Notes under the pieces: generated by a model
What the model saw: the letters and a program-made list of their open reading frames with translations, nothing else
Told to the model about the DNA's origin: nothing
Database searches by the model: none
Source: Candidatus Onthousia faecavium
Lineage (GTDB): Bacteria; Bacillota_I; Bacilli_A; RF39; UBA660
Direction: 5' to 3'
Assembly (NCBI GenBank): GCA_018711135.1
Contig: DVIS01000026.1
Coordinates: forward strand, 3,172 to 67,171
DNA length: 64,000 nucleotides
Made by a program: the position numbers and the translations under genes
In this document: positions 26,784-34,937 of the stretch, one piece after another
Numbering within the stretch: position 1 is the first letter of the stretch
Layout of the letters: every line of letters starts with the position of its first letter

Positions 26784-27223
26784 AATATAGTGTTATAAGG
26801 AAATTAAAAAATGATCAAACATTATATGAAAAAACTTACAAACTTTTAAATGAAAGGATACAACTAAAAATAGAAGAAACTCTGGGATTACATGGTTTTA
26901 CATTCGATGAGGTTAAAGTTCAACATGAAAAACATCCAGATAAATACACAACAACTTTTGCTGAACTTGAAGAACTTGATAAAAGCAGAACTTTAGTAAA
27001 AAAAGAACGGGATAAAATAAATGATTATTTCAATGAAATAGATAGAGATATAGAAGCTATGTCTGAAATGGAAAAGAAAGTCTTTAAGGCAAAATATTTA
27101 TATGGTCTATCTCATGCTGATATTGCTGCTAAACTTGATTGTTCTGAAAAAACTATTCAAAGAATTATAAAAGAAATAAATGATGATAAAACAGTTGATG
27201 AAGAAATTAAAGAAAATTCATAA
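26780..27223 (+). CDS. late-gene transcriptional activator (sigma-70 region-4-like HTH; RinA/ArpU-type by position)
   Basis: The C-terminus EKKVFKAKYLYGLSHADIAAKLDCSEKTIQRIIKE is a region-4 type HTH. It is the last gene before the packaging module. Confidence 0.65.
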   Translation: MKYSVIRKLKNDQTLYEKTYKLLNERIQLKIEETLGLHGFTFDEVKVQHEKHPDKYTTTFAELEELDKSRTLVKKERDKINDYFNEIDRDIEAMSEMEKKVFKAKYLYGLSHADIAAKLDCSEKTIQRIIKEINDDKTVDEEIKENS

Positions 27224-27242
27224 ATGTCCAGACAATGTCCAG
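27223..27242 (+). repeat. direct repeat AATGTCCAG x2 with 11-bp register
   Basis: Copies at 27223-27231 and 27234-27242, immediately after the activator stop codon. Confidence 0.6.
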
Positions 27243-27301
27243 TAATATATGCTATAGTGCAGTTGGATGATTAGCTAATAAACTAATCTATTCCACGTAA
27301 A

Positions 27302-27330
27302 GGAATATAGAAATATATTCTTTTATTTAT
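27302..27330 (+). terminator. weak AT-rich terminator after the activator gene
   Basis: GGAATATA-GAAA-TATATTCT hairpin 27302-27321 followed by a T-rich run. Confidence 0.4.
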
Positions 27331-27332
27331 TA

Positions 27333-27555
27333 TAATAATAGTTTTAAAACGTGGGTTTGCCAGGGACAATGACAATGCAAACATCTAGCCCTAGTGCACG
27401 CCTGATGAGGATGCTGACTACATCCGAAACATACTAGGAGATGAGAGTAATTAACTCATTGAGTTTTATGAATGTCAACTAGCGTGTAGCGTGGAGTCTT
27501 CCGACTAGGGGAATAACTGAAGACCTAGATGTCCCATGTTTTAAGACTATTATTA
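27333..27555 (+). ncRNA. rod-like structured RNA element enclosing the hammerhead
   Basis: 23 contiguous pairs 27333-55/27533-55, where the only two departures from Watson-Crick are G.U (27351.27537, 27343.27545). There is also an 8-bp helix 27381-88/27525-32 and a hairpin 27356-60/27377-81. Confidence 0.65.
27389..27510 (+). ncRNA. hammerhead self-cleaving ribozyme, stem I open (type I topology)
   Basis: CUGAUGA 27402-27408; stem II GGAUG/CAUCC 27409-13/27421-25 with a G10.1-C11.1 closing pair; GAA 27426-28. Stem III ACAUACUAG/CUAGCGUGU 27429-37/27479-87 starts with A15.1-U16.1. Cleavage triplet GUA, cut after 27488. Stem I is 27397-401/27489-93 plus 27389-95/27504-10. Confidence 0.8.
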
Positions 27556-27574
27556 AAGTGAGGAGAGAATCAAT

Positions 27575-27784
27575 ATGAAAGTAATTGCTATTATAAAATT
27601 TAATGATTTAGAGTCTAATAAGATTAGAGAAGTAAATGATGTATTTGATGTTTCCAAAGAAAGAGCTAAAGTTCTTCTTGAAAAAAAATATGTAAAAGAA
27701 GTAGTAGAGACTGCCACATTAGATAATGATGTAGAGAAAGCTACTATTAAATCTACTAAAGTTAAAAAGAATGCAAAGAAATAA
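27575..27784 (+). CDS. hypothetical protein, first ORF of the late operon
   Basis: GAGGAG RBS; 69 aa. Confidence 0.5.
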   Translation: MKVIAIIKFNDLESNKIREVNDVFDVSKERAKVLLEKKYVKEVVETATLDNDVEKATIKSTKVKKNAKK

Positions 27785-28061
27785 TCCTAAGGTTGATAAG
27801 TTCTATCACAGTAAGGCTTGGAAAGAAACTAGTAAGGCATATATGAGTAGTAAATATTATATATGTGAAAGATGTGATAGTTCAGCAACCATTTGTCATC
27901 ATAAAGAATACATAACTATAGACAATGTAGATAACCCCGATATCACTTTGAATTGGGATAACTTAGAAGCCTTGTGCATAGATTGTCACAACAAAGAACA
28001 TTTTAAAAAGGAAGATAATTATTACTTTGATGATGATGGAAATATAGTAGTGAGAATGTAA
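27771..28061 (+). CDS. HNH endonuclease (terminase-associated)
   Basis: CERC...CHHK...NLEALCIDCHNKEH is an HNH/zinc-finger signature; positioned just upstream of cos/TerS as in HK97-like cos phages. Confidence 0.85.
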   Translation: MQRNNPKVDKFYHSKAWKETSKAYMSSKYYICERCDSSATICHHKEYITIDNVDNPDITLNWDNLEALCIDCHNKEHFKKEDNYYFDDDGNIVVRM

Positions 28062-28127
28062 TCTGAGTGATAAAAATAATAGTAGTTTTAATTGTATAAG
28101 CTGCATATATTTTATTATTTTAATGCG

Positions 28128-28316
28128 TTTTTTTGCTAAAAAAGCGGCAAAAAGTAGCAAAAAACACTAAAAAATGTCGCTTTTTTAATCGTCTTTAATA
28201 AAAATAGTATCCCCCATATTAGCCCTAGATCCCTTTTATATAAACAACGGGTGCTGGGCCTTCGAAAATTGCGCAGGCCATTTCGCGTGAGGGGTGTGGT
28301 GTCAGGAGGTGTAATA
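28128..28316. other. probable cos/packaging-initiation region
   Basis: Four A5-6 tracts starting at 28138, 28149, 28159 and 28169 (10-11 bp phase), flanked by T-tracts. They are followed by a locally GC-rich island, 28211-28310, between HNH and TerS. Confidence 0.5.
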
Positions 28317-28778
28317 ATGCAAGTGGAAGAACCCATGATAACAACTAATGATAATATTGAAGAGTTAACAGAAGAACAGATAGCTGAGCTTGAAAGACAA
28401 AAGGAAGAAAAACTGGCAGAAGAAATTTCAAAGGAGAGAAACAAAGAAATAACTCGGCAACGGAATAAACTCAGAAAATTATTCCCAGATATTAATTTCA
28501 AAAAAGATACGAATACATTATTAGCTAACTTAATTGATGAGGCTAGTTTTATGTATGTAACCTTGAAACATTTAAAAGAGGTTATAAATAAAAATGGAGT
28601 TAAGGAAAAATATCTTAATGGTAATAATCAGTATGGATATAAAGATTCTGTTGAAGCCAAAACTTATAATGCCATGATAAAAAATTACATCTCAATTATA
28701 AGACAGCTAAATGAAGAATTACCTAAAAACAAGAAAATTAATCCAGAAGATGAGTTTGACCAATTTAATAATATATAA
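28317..28778 (+). CDS. terminase small subunit (P27-family-like)
   Basis: ATG 28317 after AGGAGGTG (the track start at 28251 lies inside the GC-rich cos island); 153 aa; ATAATG overlap with TerL. Confidence 0.7.
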   Translation: MQVEEPMITTNDNIEELTEEQIAELERQKEEKLAEEISKERNKEITRQRNKLRKLFPDINFKKDTNTLLANLIDEASFMYVTLKHLKEVINKNGVKEKYLNGNNQYGYKDSVEAKTYNAMIKNYISIIRQLNEELPKNKKINPEDEFDQFNNI

Positions 28779-30478
28779 TGACATACATTGAAGAATATAA
28801 TAATTGGATTAAAAATAATCCCAATAAAGTTAATAAGAAAATTAAAATAATGTATAACAAATTAGTTGATGATATTGTTAATCCTAAAACAGTATCATTT
28901 TTTAATGAATTAACTGAGGAGGAAGAAACTCATACCTATATTTTCGATGAAAGAAAAGCAAATAGACCTATAGAGTTTATCGAAAGATTTTGTAAACATT
29001 CTAAAGGTAAGTGGGCTGGGAAGCCTGTAACTTTGGAATTGTGGCAAAAAGCTTTTATTCAAGCTTTATATGGTTTTGTTGATATAGAAACTGGATTAAG
29101 AAAGTATCAGAAATCAGTCTTATTTGTTGCTAGAAAAAATGGTAAATCAACTCTTGCAGCAGGTCTTGGTTTATATATGCTTACGAGTGCAGGTGAAGGC
29201 GGTGCAGAGGTTTATTCTGTAGCTACAAAAAAGGAACAAGCAAAAATTGTTTGGGAGGAAGCTAAGCGAATGGTTAAAAAATCGCCAGCTTTATTCAGAA
29301 GGATACGTACTCTAATCAATGGTCTCTTTTATGATAATACTGAAAGCTTCTTTAAAGCCTTAGCAAGTGATAGTAATTCATTGGATGGATTAAATTCATT
29401 TTTTGTAATTGCAGATGAGATACATGCTTGGAAAGATAAAAACTTAGTTGATGTTATGTATGACTCTATGAGTGGTAGAGAAGAGCCAATATTTTCAGAA
29501 TTCTCTACAATGGGTACAGTTAGAGAAAATGTTTTTGATAATGAGTATGAATATGGTTTAGACTTAATAGAAACATTTGAAAAAACTGGAGTTATGAAAG
29601 ATGAGAGATTATTGCCCATTATCTATGAGTTAGATAGTCCTAAAGAGATGGAAAAAGAGGAATGCTGGTATAAAGCTAATCCTGGATTAGGAACAATAAA
29701 AAACGTCAATATATTAAGAGATAAAGTAAAAACAGCAAATAATAATCCTAGTGAATTACCAAATTTACTATGTAAAGACTTTAATATAAGACAAAATGAC
29801 CAAGATAAATGGTTAACTTATGAGATTATCAATAATCCTGCTACATTTACTGATGATGAAATATATGACACTTATGCGATTGGTGGTGTAGATTTATCGA
29901 GTACTACTGATTTAACATGTGCTACTCTCATAGTGGTAAGAAATGGAATAAGGTACATAAAACAACAGTACTTTATACCTACACAAAAGCTAGAATATAA
30001 AATTAATGACGATAAGATACCTTATGATAAGTGGGAGAAAAGAGGATTAGTAACATTATGTGATGGAGCAAAAATAGATTACTGCGATGTAACACAATGG
30101 TTTTTAAAAATGCAAGATGATCTAAAAATAAATACTTTATGGGTAGGATATGATCCTTGGAATACTCAATACTGGGTAGAAGAAATGAAAAATTATGGAT
30201 TTGAAATGTTTGAGGTGCGACAAGGTGCTAAAACTATGAGTAATCCAATGAAACAATTAGAAGCAGACTTAATGGATAAGATAGTTAATTACAATAATAA
30301 TCCTATTCTTAAATGGTGTTTATTAAATACATCAGTAAAAAGAGATGATAATGACAATATTAGACCAGTTAAAGGTCAAAAACAAAGAGCAAGAATCGAT
30401 GGTGCAGTTAGTTTGATAATAGCTTACTGTGTAATGTATGAAAAATACAATGATTATATGGCAATTGTGGAGGGATAG
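28778..30478 (+). CDS. terminase large subunit
   Basis: 566 aa. Walker A-like ARKNGKST, Walker B FFVIADEIH and a C-terminal RNaseH-like nuclease region (GGVDLSSTTDLT ... DGAVSLIIA). Confidence 0.9.
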   Translation: MTYIEEYNNWIKNNPNKVNKKIKIMYNKLVDDIVNPKTVSFFNELTEEEETHTYIFDERKANRPIEFIERFCKHSKGKWAGKPVTLELWQKAFIQALYGFVDIETGLRKYQKSVLFVARKNGKSTLAAGLGLYMLTSAGEGGAEVYSVATKKEQAKIVWEEAKRMVKKSPALFRRIRTLINGLFYDNTESFFKALASDSNSLDGLNSFFVIADEIHAWKDKNLVDVMYDSMSGREEPIFSEFSTMGTVRENVFDNEYEYGLDLIETFEKTGVMKDERLLPIIYELDSPKEMEKEECWYKANPGLGTIKNVNILRDKVKTANNNPSELPNLLCKDFNIRQNDQDKWLTYEIINNPATFTDDEIYDTYAIGGVDLSSTTDLTCATLIVVRNGIRYIKQQYFIPTQKLEYKINDDKIPYDKWEKRGLVTLCDGAKIDYCDVTQWFLKMQDDLKINTLWVGYDPWNTQYWVEEMKNYGFEMFEVRQGAKTMSNPMKQLEADLMDKIVNYNNNPILKWCLLNTSVKRDDNDNIRPVKGQKQRARIDGAVSLIIAYCVMYEKYNDYMAIVEG

Positions 30479-30479
30479 T

Positions 30480-31709
30480 ATGGCAAAAGAAAGAAGAAGC
30501 TTTTTTGATAAACTCTTAAATGGTAAAAATAACAATTTAGTGCAAAAAACACTTTTAAAACTAGTTAGTGGCTTTAATGCTAGTTTTAGTACTGTAAATA
30601 AAAATATAACACTGAATGATACTGTTGCAATATGCGTTGATACTATTGCCAAACATTGTGCTAAATTTGAACCTAGACACTATAAAATTGTTAATGGTCA
30701 AAGAGTTTACATTAATGGAGATATCAATTATTTGTTATCCAATCAGCCTAATCCTGTTATGACTACTTATGATTTTATATATAGAATCATTTCACTGCTT
30801 TACTTACAAAATAATGTTTTTGTGTATATAGACAAAGATGATAAAGGTTTTATTATAGGATTCTATCCAATTAATTACAGTACAGCAGAATGGCAGAAGG
30901 ATTTTGATAATAATTTATATCTTAAATTTTGGCTTTCTAATGGTAAATGTTACATATTACCATATGGAGATTTAATACATTTAAGAAGATTTTATAACGA
31001 TGATGATTTAATAGGAAGCAGTAATAGAGCTTTAATGCCTGCTTTACAAAATCAAGTAACAGCAGAGGAAGGGATTAGTAATGCTATAAAAGTATCTAAT
31101 TCTTTAAGAGGTGTATTAAAATTTACACAAAACTTAAAAGATGAAGACATAGAAAAAAATAAAAAAAGGTTTGTCGATTCATTTATTAATTCGACTGATA
31201 ATGATGGTATAGCAGCAATTGATAATAAAACAGATTTTAAAGAATTAAATATAAAACCAATAACTTTAGATAAAGACCAGTTAGAGCATGTTGACCAGAG
31301 GGTTCTTAATTATTTTAATCTTAATAAATCTATAATCTCCGGAGATTTTACTCCGACACAATGGAATGCATTTTATGAGACTGTTTTAGAGCCATTGGCT
31401 ATTTATTTAGAACAGTCTTTTAAAATGAAAATATTTTCTAAAAAAGCAGTTAAAGAAGGCAATAGCATTTCTTTCTCTGTTAATAGAGTTCAATATGCTT
31501 CATTAGAGGAAAAAGTTAAATTAGTAAAAGAGGTTGGAGCAATGGGGCTATTAACAGTAGATCAAGCATTAATGATTTTAGATTTAGCTCCTATTGGAGG
31601 AGAAGAAGGAAAGAAAAGAATGCAATCACTTAATTATATTAATGCAGAGATTGCTGATGTATATCAGTTAAGTAGAAGAATAAAGGATGGTGATGATAAC
31701 AATGATTAA
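30480..31709 (+). CDS. portal protein (HK97 family)
   Basis: ATG 30480 after GGAGGG; 409 aa; position and size typical; follows TerL. Confidence 0.85.
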   Translation: MAKERRSFFDKLLNGKNNNLVQKTLLKLVSGFNASFSTVNKNITLNDTVAICVDTIAKHCAKFEPRHYKIVNGQRVYINGDINYLLSNQPNPVMTTYDFIYRIISLLYLQNNVFVYIDKDDKGFIIGFYPINYSTAEWQKDFDNNLYLKFWLSNGKCYILPYGDLIHLRRFYNDDDLIGSSNRALMPALQNQVTAEEGISNAIKVSNSLRGVLKFTQNLKDEDIEKNKKRFVDSFINSTDNDGIAAIDNKTDFKELNIKPITLDKDQLEHVDQRVLNYFNLNKSIISGDFTPTQWNAFYETVLEPLAIYLEQSFKMKIFSKKAVKEGNSISFSVNRVQYASLEEKVKLVKEVGAMGLLTVDQALMILDLAPIGGEEGKKRMQSLNYINAEIADVYQLSRRIKDGDDNND

Positions 31710-32286
31710 GAAAGAAAAAGAGGTTAGGCTTTTTAATACAGATTTAGAGTGTAGAAATTTAGAAGATAAAATGATTATTGAAGGTTATGCAGTTGTATTT
31801 GAAAGTCCAGCTACTCATTATGGTTTTACAGAAATAATTGATAAAAATGCTTTTAATGGTGCCGATATGAGAGATGTTATTCTAAGGTATAACCACGATG
31901 ATAGTCATCCGTTGTTGGCACGAACTCGCAACAATTCTTTACAGCTTACAATAGATGATAAAGGATTGTTTATTCATGCTGAATTAATTGATACAACAAG
32001 TAATAGAGATATATATAAAGCAATTCAAGCTAAACTCTTAGATAAGATGAGTGTTGCTTTTACTGTAGAATCAGAAGAAAACGATTACGAAACAGATACA
32101 CGAAGAATTTTACAGTTTGATAAGATTTTCGATGTATCTATTGTAGATGTACCATTTTATGATACTACAGAGGTATTTGCTAGAAATCTAGAAAAAAGTG
32201 AATCTAGGTTTTTAGAAGGTAAGAAAAAGTATGATGAGTTAAAGCTTGAAAAGGAAAAATTATCAACAATACTTGAATGTATATAA
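31702..32286 (+). CDS. prohead serine protease (HK97 family)
   Basis: IIEGYAVVFESPA...EIIDKNAFNGA...RYNHD pattern of HK97-type proteases. Confidence 0.85.
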   Translation: MIKKEKEVRLFNTDLECRNLEDKMIIEGYAVVFESPATHYGFTEIIDKNAFNGADMRDVILRYNHDDSHPLLARTRNNSLQLTIDDKGLFIHAELIDTTSNRDIYKAIQAKLLDKMSVAFTVESEENDYETDTRRILQFDKIFDVSIVDVPFYDTTEVFARNLEKSESRFLEGKKKYDELKLEKEKLSTILECI

Positions 32287-32294
32287 TCCCGACA

Positions 32295-32325
32295 AGGACA
32301 TTTCTGTGAGAGAGTGTCTTTTTTT
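32295..32325 (+). terminator. intercistronic hairpin plus U7 between the protease and capsid genes
   Basis: AGGACA 32295-32300 pairs with TGTCTT 32315-32320 (one G.U), followed by a T-run to 32325. Confidence 0.45.
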
Positions 32326-32400
32326 CTGTGAGAGAAAAATAGGGCTAATTATAGAACTGCGTGAGGCAGTATAAAACAAATAAAAAATAGGAGGAAAATA

Positions 32401-33603
32401 ATGAATAAAGAAGAGTTAATGAAAAAGATTAAGGAAGCTAAAACTATGGAAGAGGTTGAAGAGCTTCGTTCACAAGTTGCAGCTTTAGAAATTGAAAAGA
32501 AAAAAGAAGAATTAGAAAAAGAGTTGTCTGATGATAGTTCTATTTCTAAAGAAGAAGAAAGAAAACTTATAAGAGAAACAGATCCAAATGAAAAAGAGGA
32601 AAGAAAATTTGTAAAAGTAGAAAAGAAAGGTGATGAAGAAATGAACGAAGAAAAAAGAAGCCTAGAAGAGGTATTAAAATCAGAAGAATATCGTTCAGCT
32701 TGGGCTAAAAGCTTAATGGGTAGAACTGATTTAACAGAAAAAGAAAAAAGAGCCTTAGGAGATGCTATTACAACAACATCAACTACATTTGTTGCAAGTG
32801 ATGCAGATACTCAAGGCATCAACAATGGAGGTTTATTTATTCCAACTAATGTTAGATTAGATATGCTAAATATTATTGAAAAAACCTCTCCGTTTTTAAG
32901 AGATGTAAAAAAGGTTTATGTTGCAGGAAACATTGATTTCCCATATTTAAACTCAGCTGATGATGCAAACTGGACAGTTGAGCTTACTGATACTAAAAAT
33001 GAAGGTCAAGAATACAAAGCTCTAAAACTAACTGGAAATGAGTTAGCAAAACAAGTTGAAATCACTTGGAAATTAGAAGCTATGGCTGTGGATGAATTTA
33101 TTAGTTTTATAACAACTGAATTAGCAAATAAAATGGGTAGAGCTTTAGCAAATGCAGTAATTTATGGTACTGGAACTAATCAACCTACTGGTGCATTAAA
33201 TAGTCTAAGTGCTGTAGAAGGAGATAATGTTATTGATGCAGTTTTAAATGCTTATAAATCATTAGGTGAAGATTTTAGAATTGGAGCTAAATCTTATATT
33301 TCAAGTTCTTATGCTATTGATTTAGTTGGTTATAAAGATGCAAATGGTAACTATCCATTCCTACAAGGGTTAAGATCAACAGATGTTATTTCTATTGAGG
33401 AAGATCCATATCTAAAATCAACAGATATTTTAGTAGGTAATCCAGCTAATTATGTACTAAATACTGTAGAAGATATCAGTATTACAAGAGAAACAAAAGT
33501 TACCGCTAGAAGAAATATTTATGCGTCTTATGCTATTTATGATGGTAAACCAATGCCTAATGCATTTGCAAAAGGTACAGTTGCATCTATTCCATCAGTA
33601 TAG
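32401..33603 (+). CDS. major capsid protein (HK97 fold) with N-terminal delta/scaffold domain
   Basis: 400 aa. E/K-rich coiled-coil N-terminal third, then a conserved capsid body (GGLFIP..., YGTGTNQPTG). Confidence 0.9.
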   Translation: MNKEELMKKIKEAKTMEEVEELRSQVAALEIEKKKEELEKELSDDSSISKEEERKLIRETDPNEKEERKFVKVEKKGDEEMNEEKRSLEEVLKSEEYRSAWAKSLMGRTDLTEKEKRALGDAITTTSTTFVASDADTQGINNGGLFIPTNVRLDMLNIIEKTSPFLRDVKKVYVAGNIDFPYLNSADDANWTVELTDTKNEGQEYKALKLTGNELAKQVEITWKLEAMAVDEFISFITTELANKMGRALANAVIYGTGTNQPTGALNSLSAVEGDNVIDAVLNAYKSLGEDFRIGAKSYISSSYAIDLVGYKDANGNYPFLQGLRSTDVISIEEDPYLKSTDILVGNPANYVLNTVEDISITRETKVTARRNIYASYAIYDGKPMPNAFAKGTVASIPSV

Positions 33604-33624
33604 TAAGTTAGAAGGAGGTAGACT

Positions 33625-33942
33625 ATGGATAATCTATTAAAACAAGCTAAACAGTTCTTAAGTATAGTAGAAACGTCTACATTAAAAGATGAAGAGATAA
33701 AACTTTTAATAAGTTCAGCCATTTTAGAGCTTGAACGTAGTGGTATTGATACTGAATACAATTATTCAAAAGACGATGAAAAGTATGATGATTTAATCAC
33801 TACTGCTATTATGTTTTATGTTAAATCTAATTTTGGAAATGTAGATATTAAAGAAAAAGAATATGCTTTAAGAACTTTTAATACTTTAGAGCAAAGTCTA
33901 TCTTTATCAGGTGGATATAGAAAGAAGAGTGAAAGTCTATGA
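33625..33942 (+). CDS. head-tail connector (gp6-like)
   Basis: 105 aa, position after the capsid gene. Confidence 0.6.
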   Translation: MDNLLKQAKQFLSIVETSTLKDEEIKLLISSAILELERSGIDTEYNYSKDDEKYDDLITTAIMFYVKSNFGNVDIKEKEYALRTFNTLEQSLSLSGGYRKKSESL

Positions 33943-34262
33943 TTGCAGTAGAATTAACTCTTCTTTCTTTTTCTATTTCTAAAGATGAAATAGGACAAGA
34001 AAGAAAAAAAGAAATTAGAAAAGTTATTCCAATAATAAAGCAAAATTCTATTATGTTTGAAGAGTTCTATGAAGCTAATGAACAAGGTATTAGACCAGAA
34101 ATTAAGTTTGTTATTTCATCATTAAACTATAACAGAGAACAAGAACTAGAATATATGGGCGAAAGGTACAAAATTGTAAGAACCACATCAACTAATCCTG
34201 ATGAGGTTTCTTTAATTTGTGAACATAGAGTTGGCAACGTCAAAGACAGTAACAGCGGATAA
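33939..34262 (+). CDS. head closure / head-tail adaptor protein
   Basis: 107 aa, ATGA overlap; assigned by position. Confidence 0.55.
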   Translation: MIAVELTLLSFSISKDEIGQERKKEIRKVIPIIKQNSIMFEEFYEANEQGIRPEIKFVISSLNYNREQELEYMGERYKIVRTTSTNPDEVSLICEHRVGNVKDSNSG

Positions 34263-34620
34263 TCTTGCTAACGAAATAGCGAATATTCTAACAGAATATA
34301 AAGATGATCTTGATGATCTAGTTGTAGATATAACTGATGAGGTAGTAAAAGAAGCAAGAGATGAGCTTAAAATTATTAGTCCTGTTGGAGAGACAGGTGA
34401 ATATAGGGATGGTTGGACTATTAGTGTTAGACAAAAGGGTATTAATTTTTTCTCTAAAGCAGTATGGAATAAAAAACATTACAGATTAACTCATTTATTA
34501 GAATTTGGTCATGCCACCAAAAACGGTGGACATACTACAGCACAACCACATGTGCGACCAACAGAACAAAAATATAAGGAAAAATTTGTTGATGAGTTTG
34601 AAAGGAGAGTTAAACGATGA
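34219..34620 (+). CDS. HK97 gp10-family tail-completion protein
   Basis: LEFGHATKNGGHTTAQPHVRPT matches the gp10 family motif (G....A.P...P); start uncertain (GTG 34219 or TTG 34231). Confidence 0.7.
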   Translation: MNIELATSKTVTADNLANEIANILTEYKDDLDDLVVDITDEVVKEARDELKIISPVGETGEYRDGWTISVRQKGINFFSKAVWNKKHYRLTHLLEFGHATKNGGHTTAQPHVRPTEQKYKEKFVDEFERRVKR

Positions 34621-34934
34621 AATTAAGCGAATTAGACGATTTATGCAAAAGTCTTAATATTTTATATGCTTATGGTAGTTTTACAGAGCCAATATCTCCA
34701 CCACATTTAATAGGAACCATTGTAGATACAGATAATTTTAGTGCTGATAATAAGGTTTATTACAAAAATTGTAATTTCAGATTGGAACTTACAACTACAA
34801 AAAAAGATTTAAACCTTGAAAAAAAAATAGAAACTGAATTGCTTAAAGATGTTTATTGGAATAAGACAGAAAATCGAATAGAAGATGAGGGTGTTTATAA
34901 CATTTCTTATTTTTTTTATATAGAGGAGGAATAA
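34617..34934 (+). CDS. tail terminator/neck protein
   Basis: 105 aa; assigned by position. Confidence 0.5.
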   Translation: MKLSELDDLCKSLNILYAYGSFTEPISPPHLIGTIVDTDNFSADNKVYYKNCNFRLELTTTKKDLNLEKKIETELLKDVYWNKTENRIEDEGVYNISYFFYIEEE

Positions 34935-34937
34935 AAA

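Noticed and set aside
27474-27476. An alternative hammerhead register cutting after GUC at 27476, with stem III formed by ACAU/AUGU.
   Set aside because: It leaves only 4 bp in stem III. The nucleotides following the cut (AACUAG...) cannot pair with the bases immediately 5' of CUGAUGA. The GUA register at 27486-88 gives a 9-position stem III and a proper stem I.
28220-28228. The 9-mer TAGCCCTAG shared between the ribozyme stem I region (27386-94) and the cos island, as a functional link.
   Set aside because: It is a single short match with no extended similarity on either side, so chance cannot be excluded.
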